Shown here in pieces: positions 1 through 13,480 of a stretch of DNA of 64,000 bases. Each line of letters opens with the position of its first letter. The first letter of the stretch is position 1. The DNA is from Octopus vulgaris. Taxonomy: Eukaryota. Both the position numbers and the translations under genes were made by a program. The notes under the pieces are model-generated. The model made no database searches, had not been told where the DNA came from, and saw only the letters and a program-made list of their open reading frames with translations. Location of the stretch: contig OX597834.1 of assembly GCA_951406725.2 (NCBI GenBank), positions 41,788,001-41,852,000 on the forward strand. Direction: 5' to 3'.

Positions 1-429
1 GTCGACTTTGCCTTTCATTCTTTCTGGGTCGATAAATTAAGTACCAGTTACGCACTGGAGGTCGATGTAATCGACTTAATCTCTTTGTCTGTCCTTGTTT
101 GTCCCCCTCTATGTTTAGCCCCTTGTGGGTAATAAAGAAATAATAATAGCAAGAGCATTAGATAAAAATTGCTTTCATTACAGCTCTTTACATTTGGAGT
201 TCAAATTTTTGTAGTGTCACCTTTGCCCCTCATCATTCCAGGGTTGATATAATTGACTGTTTCTACAAGATTATGCAAGATTAACTAAAAATAAGATGAA
301 TAAATCAGACATTCAACAGAGCAATCCAAATGCTAAAGGGTTGAGATGGCTCTGTCTCTGGCCATAGGACAGATGTGTTACAGCCGGCCCGGGGCTAAAC
401 AACAACAAAACAAACACCGCTATACTTAC

Positions 430-570
430 AGGATGTCTTATGTCTATGATGAGGAGTATTATATCCGACATTTCCAATACTCTCCACAGTTGTCGCCATG
501 TCTCCAGATTCAGTTCAAAATAACTGAGTTCTTTAGGACTGTACTGGGAATGAATGTTATCAAGGTATTT
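430..570 (-). CDS. GNL1: GNL1 coding exon 5 (gene continues beyond window start)
   Basis: Acceptor ttttctctttgcag, donor CCT|GTAAGT; 141 nt; KYLDNIHSQYSPKELSYFELNLETWRQLWRVLEMSDIILLIIDIRHP carries the FExNLExWRQLWRV motif of the GNL1/LSG1 circularly permuted GTPases. Confidence 0.97.
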
Positions 571-631
571 CTGCAAAGAGAAAATAAAAGGTAATTTACA
601 TACACATACATGCATATCTATATCGATATAT

Positions 632-662
<31 letters not shown>

Positions 663-811
663 AGAAATTGATCAACACATAAGGTCAACAAGAAGAGTAC
701 TCCGTCTGATGATAGTCTGATATTAATGTATGTGTTTCACACCACATGTATTACACACCTACGTGAAACTATTAGTGGCATGTGTAATACACGTGGAGTG
801 AAATGCATACA

Positions 812-875
<64 letters not shown>

Positions 876-1847
876 CTAAGCACCCACTACACTCACGGAG
901 TGGTTGGCAACTCCGAGAGTGTAGTGGGTGCTTTTAAAGTGCCACCGGCATGAGGGCCAGTCTGGCGGTACTGTCAACGGCCACGCTCGAAAATGGTGTT
1001 TTTGACGTGCCACCTGCACAAGAGTCGGTCCAGCGGCACTGGCAACGACCTTGCTCGAATGCTTTGTTCACGTACTACCGGCACAAGTGCCAGTGAGATG
1101 ACACTGACAACAATCACGCTCAAACGGTGCTCTTTACGGGCCAGACAAGCATTACACAGATTACAAAAAATCAAAAACAAAGGGTTGACTATTTATTAGC
1201 TTTGTGCTGCAGGGTAAAAAAAAATCCTTTCTTTTATTTTCTTTTCTTTCATGAAATTGTGACTAATTTATCCAGGTAGCAATGACGAAGCTCCCATATT
1301 ACCATAGAGATTGATGAAAACAAATAAAGATCTCTGTTTGAAGGGACAGAGGAGGAATTGACACAGGGGGGAAGTTATCCTCTCAGGAGAGATTTCCATC
1401 CATTCACAGTATGGGGTTTTTGTTTTTTTGTTTTTTTTATGTTAGACACTCATTTGCTGAATGGGATTATTAGTGACTCATTCTGATTGGTTAATATTTA
1501 CACAACAGATGCTGGTTGGAAACACGGTACAACTACAATAGACCAATGTGATAGAACAAAGAATTTACAATATAGGTTTTTATTTGCTCAAGTGACAACA
1601 CCATTCTCTCTCTCTCTCTCTCTCTCTCTTTTTATCCCTTACTCACAGATGAAGGACAAAACCAAAAACAATAGACTGAATGTCTTTTATAGCCTCATCA
1701 CAGGCAGAAGCAATGGCTGTGTGACTAAGAAGTGTGCCTGGCAACCATGTCATTTTGGGTTCAGTCTCACTGTGTGGCACCGTAGGCAAGATTCTTCTAT
1801 TATGAGTGAATTTGATAAACCAAAACTGTGCGGAAGCCTGTTGTGTG

Positions 1848-1899
<52 letters not shown>

Positions 1900-3902
1900 G
1901 AAAAATACAAACTGGGACAAGAACGTAAAACATTTAGAAGACGATACAAAAAACACGGACGGGACATTCGAAGCCTTCAATCTTCAGTCAAGAACCGGAT
2001 CATCCTATTTTTCTCTTAAGACACTTACACTCTGTCGTACACGGACACTGACATTGCACATCCAGTGGCGCATGCCATATGTGCAACAAGCTTATGCATA
2101 GGGTGTGTGTGTACGTGTTCATCAATGTGCGACCTTGTCTTGACATCGCATGACGGCTGTAAAACAGGAATCTCCATCATGCAAACTGTGAAATTCATCC
2201 CCAGCCTTCCATAAAAAAGTGTCTCACCACGGGAGAATATTCTGTTACTCAGGAACAGGTGAGGGTGAGTGACAGGAAGGGCATCCGGCTGTAGAAAACC
2301 TGTCTCAGTGAATTCTGTTTGCTTTATGGAAGCATGGAAAAGTGGGACATTAAGACAATGAAATGAAAGGGTGATGTGTGTGAGTGTATACAAGCATGTA
2401 AAAGAGACAAGATGGTCTTGCTTGGAATGCGTTTGATTATAGGTTTGCTTGATCGGGGTTAACCAAGGGCTAAAATAAAACAAAAACAACAATTCATGTC
2501 CTCTTTTTCTGCAATATGGCAAATAACAGAATTTGATCAGGTCTTATATAATTTTCATAACACGTCTTTATTTTTCTGAGAGCGGTGGTAATGGTGGTGA
2601 TAGTAAAAATAGTAGTGGTGATGGTAGTGGTGGTGGTGGTGGCGGCAGTCGTGGTGTTGGTGGAAGTGGTTTTGGCAGTGGTAGAGGAGGTAGTAGTGGT
2701 GGTCGTGGGTATAGTGATGGTGGTGGTGGTGGGGGGGTTTAATGGAAATAGTAGTAGTAGCAGTGGTATTAGTGCCACCACAAATACCACCACTGCCATC
2801 CATCATCACCATCATTATCTTCACTGCTACTACTACTACTACCACCACTAATTAAGGTTATCATCATCATCACTACCAGCATATGTGTGTGTGTGTGAGT
2901 ATTTGTATGCATGAGTGTGAATTCCACCAAAACCCACCCACCCACCCACTCCACCCATGCCCACATCAGTCTATTGTTTTCTCAGCACTTTTGCCTGCAA
3001 GGGATAAAAAAAAAAATTAAAAAAATAAAATAAAAGGCTTGATTATTATTTTCTATCAAATATCCTCTTTAACCTTCCCCGACCCCCCACCTCTCTCTCT
3101 TTCTACATACACACACACATGAGAGAGCAATTGTGTGTGTCTATTAGGCAACACCACCAAACTATAAAGTTTGCATAACCAATCCATTTTATTTGACATT
3201 TGGGCTGGGAAGAAATGGCAATCCCATCAGATACTCAAACTCACCCCCATTTCCCCCCCCCCCCCACCTTCCTCCTACTCAGTCCTTCTCTGCTTCCTTT
3301 CCCACCACCCTCTATCTCCCATAGTCACAAAAAAAACAAAAAAACTTTTAAATGCCAACACTATATTATTCTAAAGATATAACCTATGTAAGTATGTAAC
3401 TAGTAGTACTAACACACTGTAGCCTTTTGGGAGTGACGTGTGCTTTTATAACAGTGCTGGCAGCACTGTTAGCACTTTGGACGAAATGCTTAGCGGCGTT
3501 TCATTTCTCCTGGTCCTTTCGGTGCCGAGTTCAATTACCACTGACGTCACCTTTACTTTTTGTCCTTTCACAGTTGATTAAAATAATTAGCAGCTAAGTA
3601 CTGGGGTTCATGTAATTAACTTGCCCTCTGCCCTTAAAATTGCTGGCCGAAATTTTAAACAATTATTACGCCAAGCAAAAAGCCTTAGTGGCATTTCTTC
3701 TGTCTTTAGGTATTGAGTTCAAATTCCGCCAAGGTTCACTCATCCTTTCAGGGTCAATAAAACAAGAACCAGTTGAGCACTGGGGGGGTGTCGATGTAAT
3801 CAACCAGCCCCCTCCCCCAAATTTTCAGGTCTATGTTTCTTTAGTAGAAAAGATTATTATTATTATTATTATTATTTATATTATTATTATTATTATTATC
3901 TA

Positions 3903-4123
3903 AGATGGTTAGCTTGCAGAATCGTTAGCATGCTAGGCAAAATGCTTAGCAGCATTTCATCTGTCTTTACATTCTGAGTTCAAATTCTGCCAAGGTTGAC
4001 TTTTCCTTTCATCCTTTCGGGGTCGATAAACAAAGTACCAGTTATGCACTGGGGTCAATGTAATCGACTTAATTCCTTTGTTTGTCTCCTCTATGTTTAG
4101 CTCCTTGTGGGCAATAAAGAAAT
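3903..4123 (+). mobile_element. SINE family B (Deu/Nin-domain-like)
   Basis: GAGTTCAAATTC B-box-like motif, then CCTTTCATCCTTTCGGGGTCGATAAA..AAGTACCAG (resembles the Deu/Nin domain) and an AATAAAGAAATA tail; more than 20 copies in the window. Confidence 0.8.
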
Positions 4124-4394
4124 AACAATTATTATATCTTTATTCAAGGGGCAATAAATTGGCAGAATTGACAAAGCAGTGAGCAGTATGCCTCTTTAGA
4201 TTCCCCATGCTGGTGCCACATAAAAAGCACCTGCACAGGTGCCATGTATAAAGCACCCATACTTGTGCCATGTATAAAACACTCATGGTTGTGCCACATT
4301 TAAAGCACCCAAGCTTGTGCCATGTATAAAACACCCATGCTTGTGCCATGTATATAACACTGGTGCTGATGCCACATAAAAAATACACAGCATA

Positions 4395-4815
4395 GGTGCA
4401 GGAGTGGCTGTGTGGTAAGTAGCTTGTTTACCAACCACATGGTTCCGGGTTCAGTCCCACTGCGTGGCACCTTGGGCAAGTGTCTTCTACTATAGCCTCG
4501 GGCCGACCAAAGCCTTGTGAGTGGATTTGGTAGACGGAAACTGAAAGAAGCCCGTCGTATATATGTGTATATATATATGCGTGTGTGTGTTTGTGTGAGT
4601 GTGTTTGTGTGAGTGTGTTTGCCCCCCTAGCATTGCTTGACAACCGATGCTGGTGTGTTTATGTCCCCGTCACTTAGCGGTTCGGCAAATGAGACCGATA
4701 GAATAAGTACTGGGCTTACAAAAGAATAAGTCCCTGGGTCGAGTTGCTCAATTAAAGGTGGTGCTCCAGCATGGCCGCAGTGAAATGACTGAAACAAGTA
4801 AAAGAGTAAAAGAGC
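4395..4815 (+). mobile_element. tRNA-derived SINE family A, full length
   Basis: A box TGGCTGTGTGG, B box GGTTCAGTCCC, CCTTGGGCAAG motif, internal (TA)/(TG) tract, GTAAAAGA tail; more than 15 related copies in the window. Confidence 0.9.
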
Positions 4816-5924
4816 ATATTGTAAAGCGGTTGGTGTTAGGAAGAGCATCCAGCTATTAAAACCATAGCAAAACAGACAACAGGAGCCTGATGCAGCTCTC
4901 TGGCTTGCCAGCTCCTGTCGAACTGTCCAACCCAAGCCAGCATGGAAAACAGACATTCAATGATGATGTACAGATCTTGCAACGGCTGGGTTTCCCTTTC
5001 ATTTTCCTGGGCCCAACAAAATAAAGTGCCAGTTAAAAACAGCGGTTGGTTCAGTTGCCTGTTAGCCTCCCAGCAAAATGTGTGCGTCTTGTGCCTGCCA
5101 ATGTTGGAAATCATTATTTGCAAGAAATTATTACTACTATAAAGCATTCTGAATACAAGATACGACTCCATTCTGCTTGATTTGACATTTTCACACGAAA
5201 CCAATTATAGAAGTTAAATTCACTCCACCCCCCCAATCTGATTTCGCAGATCTCCCAAAAAGTCTGAAGGACAAGCGTGTACTTACAATGAAGTATCCGT
5301 TTACATAGATTACCTTCCTGGCAATATGATTTATAGTCAAGATAATGATATAGAATGTGTGAAAATTCGTGTATACCATTGCAATTACTTGTGTGTGTGT
5401 CCATGTGTGCTTGTCTCATATGTTAGGTTTCTAAATCTAGTTTGTAAATGCTGTCAGACTGTCTCCATGTGAATACATTGATATGGGCCTACTTCCTTCT
5501 GGCCTCTTCTTCTTGCCTTCTCATCGTAAGCATAAATGTGTGGCACTTGTCGCTTAGTTCCAGGTCAGCCCTGATCAAAGGAGTTAACATTAGAACTGAA
5601 ACTGTTCCCCTTTTTTTTTGAGATATAATATATTCGTGATAACACATTATTCAAGGTGCCCTGCCTTTCATCATTATCATCATCGTTGTTTAATTTCTTT
5701 TTCCCAATTTAATAAGAATCAAAATTAAAACTTAAACTATTCCCTTTTTATTCAGATACAGTAAATTCATGGAAGGCACATGACTCAGTGGTCAGAGCGT
5801 CAGGCTTACAATCATGAGGTAGTGAGTTCGATTTCCAGACTGGGCTTTGTGATGTTTTCTTGAGCAAGACACTTTATTTCACATTGCTCCAGTTCACTCA
5901 GCTGTAAAAATGAGTTGCAACATC

Positions 5925-6200
5925 ATGTCATCCAACCAAAGTACAAATATATGGGAAACTACCAACTGTATCATCTCTTGTGAAAGGTAGAAGAGTCCAG
6001 TTTGCTGGACATTGTTGTAGAGCTGAAAACGAGGTAATTTCTACTCTGCTCCTCAGGAAGCCATCTGCTTGCGATACCAGAGGGTGCACACTCTCCTATC
6101 CTGATGTAATCTCCAGGGATACAGGCATCCAGCAACAGGACCTCTGTAATGCTATGATGAACGGTGAAGTCTGGCGTAGCATAGTAAATTCCATTGTCTC
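5925..6200 (+). mobile_element. RTE-like LINE ORF C-terminal fragment
   Basis: VKGRRVQFAGHCCRAENEVISTLLL...TLSYPDVISRDTG...MMNGEVWRSIV resembles the RRLxFAGHCxR...R..WR C-terminus of RTE-type elements. Confidence 0.7.
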
Positions 6201-7115
6201 GAGGTGGGGAATATATACACCATGGTAACCAGGGAACCGGCCCTTATGAGTCTGTATGACTTAAGGAAACTTTACTTTTTTTTTTTACTTTCTACATGCA
6301 GTGGGATCATACCCAGGACCACATGGTTGCAAAGCGAAGTTTTTAACCACACAGCCATGCCTGCCATCAGTAATAAACTTTGCCGTTGCTAGTCTGACTC
6401 TGACTCAAACCATTTCACAGAAACAGTCCGACTGATACATAAACAAACTAACATCACTTTGAGTAAACATTCTGTGATAAAACAACTCAAACAAATGGTC
6501 TTCTCCAGGATTTTTAGTCAGTTGACATTGGATGGCACCAGGAAATGTCTGTTCATGTTTTGACATATTCAAAAACAAAAAGCACAAAAGGGAAAAAAAA
6601 ACCAACCAAAAATGAAAGAAAATGTTACACAACTCTATTTACATAAATGTGTCAAAGAAATTACAAGACAAGAAAGATATTGCGAGTGAGGTTTGTTTTT
6701 ATTCTGTGTTAAATATAAATATAAATTTAAATATTTCTAAAATTAATTTCCCTATTTGATGGAGTGACAGACAGTTCTGTAATCAAGTTGAATAAGTGAG
6801 TGAGTGTGTGAGTAATTCGGTATAAGTGGAGAGAAGTAGAATGTGGAATGGTTAAGGGTTAAACAAACATAAGCCAGAATGAAACGGTATTGACAATACA
6901 GAGTTATTGACAACACAGTTATGAGGTGAAATGAAAGTGGAGGGTCGTCCTAATGCAAAGATATTTCATGGAATGCCAGCATTAAAGAACTACAGCACTT
7001 GAATAAAAACAGAAAAATGGGATGGACATGGCTAAAATGTCAGGTCTCTGGCCAAAGGCCTGATTTGATCATAGGCTGCCTTACATGGATTCAGTGTATG
7101 TGAGTATGGTCAAGC

Positions 7116-7242
7116 AAATTGACCCCAGGACTTATTCTTTGTAAGCCTAGTACTTATTCTATCAGTCTCTTTTGAGATGTAAACACACCAGCATCAGCTG
7201 TCAGGCGATGATGGAGGGACAATCACAGACACAGAAACATAT

Positions 7243-7301
<59 letters not shown>

Positions 7302-7479
7302 TATATACATATATAGGATGAGCTTCTTTCAGTTTTCGCTTACCAAATCCACTCACAAGGCTTTGGTCAGCCTGACGCTATAGTAGAAAATACTTGCCCA
7401 AGGTGCCATGCAGTGGAACTGAACCCGAAACCATGTGGTTCGTAAGCAAACTACTTGCCACACAGCCACTCCTATGCCT
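7116..7479 (-). mobile_element. SINE family A copy
   Basis: Reverse-complement match to 4395-4815. Confidence 0.85.
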
Positions 7480-9809
7480 AACATTTTTCCATAGTTCAGC
7501 CTACAAAAGTTAATGTGTGAAAAACAAATTAGGAATTTTGAACAAAGATTCTATAAAACTAGATTTTAAACATCGAATGGCTATGGCGGGTGGAGGGGTC
7601 AACCACAATAAAATAGTATTCAAAGGGTACCATAAATAAAAAAATGGTTGGGAATCCCTGCTAAACTTATATGGGGCTAAATAATTGAAACAACAGTAAT
7701 GAATGATGCAATAGATTTTATTATCCTAAATACACATGTCTAATTAGAAAATAAGATTTATTAAGACTGGAACATCTTTGATCTTCAATCTACTTATTCA
7801 AGGCTTGCCTAGGGTTAAATAACAACAACCTCATAAAAATATGTCTCGTTGAGAGAAATATACATTTCTCTAGAACAAATTTTTAGGATTATCACATAAA
7901 TTTTCTCAGCCAGTTAAAAGTAATAAATTAAACGTTCCCTTGACAAAAATGTTGATATTAATATCAAAAATGCATTCATATAGACATATTTATAAGAAGA
8001 AGAAGAAGAATATAAAGGGAAAAAAAATGTTCAAATTAAAGAAAAACTGCGTATTTTCCAAGCTGCAATTTTATGCCTCACAGTGTCTCGCCCCTCATCA
8101 CAGGTCTTATGTCATGTGTCATAACAACAGATGTATGTGAGTTGTGTGCGTGTGTGTGTGTGTGTGTGCATGACTAATTCACCAGAATGTAATAACTAGT
8201 TAATACCTGACTCAATGAATCCAGTAACCACTAAATCCCCACCCCAACTCCCAAAAAATGATACTAATAACAAATTAAAACCTTGATCTAAATCTTATAA
8301 AATGTAAACCCCTTATAATTCTTCAGCTGCAAAATTAAAAGACAACAGAAGCAATTAAAACTATATCTAGATCCCCTACACCTAGCCCACATCCCAACTC
8401 CACAAACTCCATAAAGCACTTGAGGTCAGCCAACATCTTAGGAGTTTCACCAATTTTATGCTATTATTCCTGGCAGCACAGAAAGGTCATGAGTTCAATT
8501 CCTGCCAGAACACTATGCCCTTGACCAAGATACTTTATTTCACATTGCTCCAGTCCACTCAGGTGACAAAAATGAGTAGAGTACCTGTATTTCAAAGGAC
8601 CAGCCTTGTCACAGTATGTGTCATGCTGAATCTCCCTGAGAATTACTTTAAGAGTACATGTGTCTGTGGAGCGCTCAGCCACTTGCATGTTAATCTCATG
8701 AGCAGGCTGTTCCATTGATCGGATCAATCGGAACCCTCGTCGTTGTAACTGACAAAGTAACAATTTACATATTTAAATCATTAAGTCATCATTATATCAC
8801 CAAAGAAAGCTGGCAGAATCGTTAGCACACCGGACGAAATGCTTAGCAGTATTTTTTTTATGTGGCTGCTATGTTCTGAGTTCAAATTCCGCCAAGGTCG
8901 ACTTTGCCTTTCATCCTTCCGGGGTCGAGAAATTAAGCACCAGTGAAACACTGGAGTCGATATAATTGACTAGTCCCCTCCCCAACAAATTTGAGGCCCC
9001 CGTGCCTCCAGAAGAAAGGATTATATCACTAAAGACTTTGCCCTCATACAGAGTTTGATTCAAGAGCAAATACACTGCATTCTCTTGCAGCACCGAAGAG
9101 GATCTGGGAAGAGCAGCATATGCTAAAGGACACACAGACACATGGACACATCAGCTGAAACAGCCATATCTATGATGACAAATGACACAAAACAATGAAT
9201 GAAGTGAGACAAAGTCAAGACAATATGGTTGGCAGTCTCACACCACCTCCAGCCCCCCAAATTCGTAGACATTGTGTCTCAAACTATTCTAATTAGCAGT
9301 TGACTATCATTCCAGAATTATAGTTACTTCTGACCCAAAATGTTTGCCATAAGTGTGAGGTGGGGAAAGATAAGAGGGAGTCAGTGAGAGAGAGATAGAA
9401 AGTAAGAATAAAAGAGAGAGAGATAGAGAGGAGAGAGAGAGAGAGGAGAGACAGTGAGTTTTTATTTTACATACCCTTCAAAAATTGCTCTTAAATGTGG
9501 TTTTGGTTGTTTTGACTGCTTCTTCTAGCATGTAAAAATTACCTGTTAAAGGTAGTTTTCTCTTGTGTTTAAAAAATGTACACTATTTTATATATATATA
9601 TATATATATACTACACTCGCAGAGTGGACTACACTCACGGAGTTAACTACACTCGCGGAGTGGTTGGCGTTAGGAAGGTCATCCAGCTGTAGAAACACTG
9701 CCAGATCAGACCGGAGCCTGGTGCAGCCCCTGGCTTCCCAGACCCCGGTCGAACCGTCCAACCCATGCTAGCGCGAAAAACGGACGTTAAACGATGATGA
9801 TGATGATGA

Positions 9810-9848
<39 letters not shown>

Positions 9849-10621
9849 AGGCTTCTTTCAATTTCCATCTAGCATATCAACACACAAGGCTTTGGTCATC
9901 CCAAGGCTTTAGTAGAAGACACTTGTCCAAGGTGCCACGCAGTGGGACTGAACCCGGAACCATATGGTTGGAAAGAAAACTTCTTAACACATGGTCACGC
10001 CAGTTTGAAAACCTGACCTGAGATTGAAACAATTACATCATCAAAGACTCATGTTAAGCATTTAATAACAGAAAAAAAAAAGAAACATTTTTTTTTTTTT
10101 TTGTTAAATCTGTTATTTTATGAGCGTGGTTAATTTCAACAACTTAAACACCCATTATCAGTTCAATTTCAAGTGAATGAAATAAGAAACATTACAGAGC
10201 GAAAAAAAAAGGAAGAAAAAAATAGAGGCTTATAAAATCTGGTCCGTAATTGATTTTTTATAGATGCAGTGGAATTATGTAATGCCAATCTCAGTGAAGT
10301 GTAATAAAGCATTATGACACTTCACAAGAAATGATACTATAGAGAAATAAATAGGATAACATGAACGTCAGAAATACGGTGCATTGTTAAACGGCTAAAA
10401 TGACACTTGTATTGTATAATAAATCTGTCTTTCTTTTGTAAACTGAGACAAGATTTTACTAAAGACATAAAAATATGAGCCAATCTTGTTGTTTAAGAAC
10501 CAGCCAACCGAGTAAATATGTATTTCAACTTGTCAAGAACAACTAGATAGAATTTACTAGATAAAGATATATTTTTTAACAACTTCATACATTTGTGTGT
10601 GTGTGTGTGTGTGTGTCTACA

Positions 10622-10860
10622 TACAAGGGGGGTGCTGTAAAGTTTCTGGTTTTAAGGGCATTGGGAAAAGCCTGGTTGGAGGTCCAGCCTTTCAAGTTCT
10701 TTTATAGGGCTTAAAAAAACTGAAGGGCCATAGCAATAAGTGTATTTTATACAAAATGTTCCCCTTTGAGAGGGGAATATGTTTGTATAAAATCATAATG
10801 TACTGATTCTTCCATATTTCCTTTTACCCAAAACCAGGAACTTTTCAGCAACCCCTTGTA
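10622..10860. mobile_element. Mariner-derived non-autonomous element
   Basis: Imperfect TIRs TACAAGGGG..GCTG.AAAGTT.CTGG / CCAGGAACTTTTCAGCAACCCCTTGTA with TA ends; interior resembles a decayed transposase 3' end. Confidence 0.75.
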
Positions 10861-11197
10861 TATATACGTGTATGTGTGTGTGTGTGTGGGGGGGGGTCCT
10901 TGTTTTGACATTGCATGATTGTTAACAAATGACATCCATTTCCAGTCTTCTATGACTGAGACCAAAACAGGGCATAAAAGGAATTGGCCGAACTGAGAAA
11001 GAAAGATTTTACTGGTGTGGGCATGTGATAGATATGGACAATGGCAGTTGGGTAAAGTAGTGCCAAGAAAACCAACCGAAAGGAACCTGCTCCTCAATGT
11101 TGGTGTTGTTTAGAAACAAGCCATCCCTGATTGAGTACATGTACGACTAAAAGTATTCCAGCTGCTTTTACCAATTTATATTAAGCAATCTGTAGAG

Positions 11198-11400
11198 CAG
11201 TGGTTTTCAACCAGGGTTCCGCCAGTACAGTCCAGGGGTTCTGCAAGAAATTACAAAACTGCTAAAATCAGCAGTAGTTTTTATTTCTCCTGTGCAGATA
11301 GGTGTGCATAAGACTATTAAATTATTGCACAGGGGTTCCTCGAGCCAGTGGAATGTTTCCTTGGGGTTCCGCTCCAGCATAAATAATTTGAAAAGCACTG
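11198..11400. mobile_element. hAT (Charlie-like) MITE, 203 bp
   Basis: TIRs CAGTGGTTTTCAA / TTGAAAAGCACTG (12/13 match); perfect 8-bp TSD CTGTAGAG at 11190-11197 and 11401-11408. Confidence 0.9.
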
Positions 11401-11772
11401 CTGTAGAGTGTGGCTGGTGAGAATTAGGCTGCTGTTTCTAGCAGGATGAGGAACTACAAAGAACTTCCTGAACATGTACAAGAAAGACATTCAAACAACT
11501 TTGTGTGCATGTGTAGGTGTATGCATGTGTGTGTGTGTGTGATACCAATATAAAAATAATATGTTGTTAAAATGCCAAAATTACCCAATCAGTCTGAGAA
11601 AACAATATCTCTGTCGACACACAGTTTCAGAGTAAACAGCAAAACAAACAGGTATTAGATAATAGAAATAATGTTTTTGGGATATATATATATAATAAAG
11701 AGAGAAAAGAGAGAGGGCTGGATAACATATATATATATATATATACACATGTATATATACACACACACACAC

Positions 11773-12240
11773 ATCATCATCATCATCGTTTAACGTCCGT
11801 TTTCCGCTCTATCACGGGTTGGACGGTTCGACCGGGGTCTGGGAAGCCAGGGGCTGCTCCAGGCTCCAGTCTGATCTGGCAGTGTTTCTACGGCTGGATG
11901 CCCTTCCTAACGCCAACCACTCCGCGAGTATAGTGGGTGCTTTTTATGTGCCACCTGCACAGATGCCAGGGGGGGGGGGGGCGGCATCGTCCACGATCGG
12001 TTGGAGCTTTTAACGTGCTAGCGGCACAGAAGCCAGCCAAGGCGGCACTGGCAACGTTCAGATGGTGCTTTTTATGTGCCACCGGCACAGAAGCCAGTCG
12101 GGGCAGCGCTGGCATCGACCACGTTCGGATAGTGCTTTTTATGTGCCACCAGCACAGAAGCCAGTCAAGTCGGCGCTGGCTACGGCCACGTTCGGATGGT
12201 GCTTTTTATGTGCCACCGGCACAGGCATCACAACTACTAT
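11773..12240 (-). mobile_element. Repeat family D (RTE LINE 3' UTR-derived, (GAT)n tail, internal ~70-bp tandem units)
   Basis: GGCGTTAGGAAGGGCATCCAGC...GGACGTTAAAC(GAT)n on the minus strand; related copies near 880, 9611, 30295, 31605, 38696, 41140, 51785, 63318 and 63560. Confidence 0.75.
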
Positions 12241-13185
12241 TATATATATATATATACACACACAAATACACACATACTCACACACATATAGTAAAATATG
12301 AAGAATGAGAAGTGGGTGTGATTGGAAAAAGGGGGTAAAATGTACGTAAACAATTTTCTAAAAAGAGGCTGATGGTTGCAATGTAAATCTCTTTCCAGAA
12401 TTCACATCAAATAATTTCTCTGAACTTTGATGCTATGGACACAACAGTGAAAGAACTGGCTCCACATACTGGATGTGACCAGCTTGAACTTCTAAACTTC
12501 TAAAGCTCCTTCTAAACACCCTAACCACCTTAAGTTTGATAATTAAAAACCCGCATGGATCAGCCAGGTTCGGTCTCACTATGTGGCACGTTGGGGCAAA
12601 AAGGTCTTTTATAGCCTTGAGCTGACCAAAGCCTTGTGAATGGATTTGGTAGATGGAAACTGAAAGAAGGTTTTTTCTGTGTGTGTGTGTGTGTGTGTCC
12701 CACCACTGCTCGGCAACCAGTATTGGTGTGTTTATGTCCCCATAGTGTATTAGTTCAGCAAAGAGACTAACAGAATATTTACCAAGCATTAAAAAAGAAA
12801 TAATGTCTAAGATGGGTTGTTTGTGTCTTTTATCTTTCTCAGTCATTAGACTGGGGCCATGCTGAAGCACCACCTTGAAAAAATTTTAATCAAGTGAATC
12901 GACCCCAATACTTATTATTTTCTTGAAAAGCCTGATAGTCATTCTATTGGTCCCTTTTGCTGAACTGCTAAGTTACAGGGATGTAAACACACCAACACCA
13001 GTTGTCAAGCGGTGGTGGGGTACAAACACCGACACAAAGACACACACACATATGTATATATATATATATATATATACATATATAGATCAATAGGTACATG
13101 GTACTGGGCTGGATTAAAAACTGTATTAATGGCTTAAGAGGAAACACCATTTTCACCTTTAAGTTTACTACGTTCATATTTTATG

Positions 13186-13480
13186 GAGGCACATACCCTA
13201 GTGGTTAGAGCAGCGGACTCGCAGTCGAGGGATCACGGGTTTGAATCTCAGACCGGGCGATGTGTGTGTTTATGAGCAAAACACCTAAGCTCCACGTGGT
13301 TCCGGCAGAAGGTAATGGTGAACTTCTGCTGACTTTTTCGCCACAACTTTCTCTCACTCTTTCCTCCTGCAACTTGCAGCTCACTTGCAACGGACTGGCA
13401 TCCCGTCCATGTGGGAAACCTATATGCCAAGGAAACCGGGAAACCGGCCCTTAAGAGCCAGGCATGGCAGGAGAAGGAAC
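13186..13480 (+). mobile_element. SINE family C-related copy
   Basis: tRNA-like head (TAGTGGTTAGAGC...GGTTTGAATCTC); near-identical inverted copy at 38063-38350. Confidence 0.8.

Noticed and set aside
313-678. 121-aa ORF as a complete single-exon gene
   Set aside because: Only 430-570 is homologous to GNL1 and bounded by splice sites; the flanks are microsatellite and intron read-through.
1895-2010. CTGAAGA-containing segment (minus strand) as another hammerhead
   Set aside because: GAAT instead of GAAA and no stem III or stem I pairing; at most a repeat remnant.
4395-4470. tRNA gene calls for SINE heads (also 13193, 31294, 61936)
   Set aside because: A/B boxes are present but there is no convincing cloverleaf, and each continues into a SINE body.
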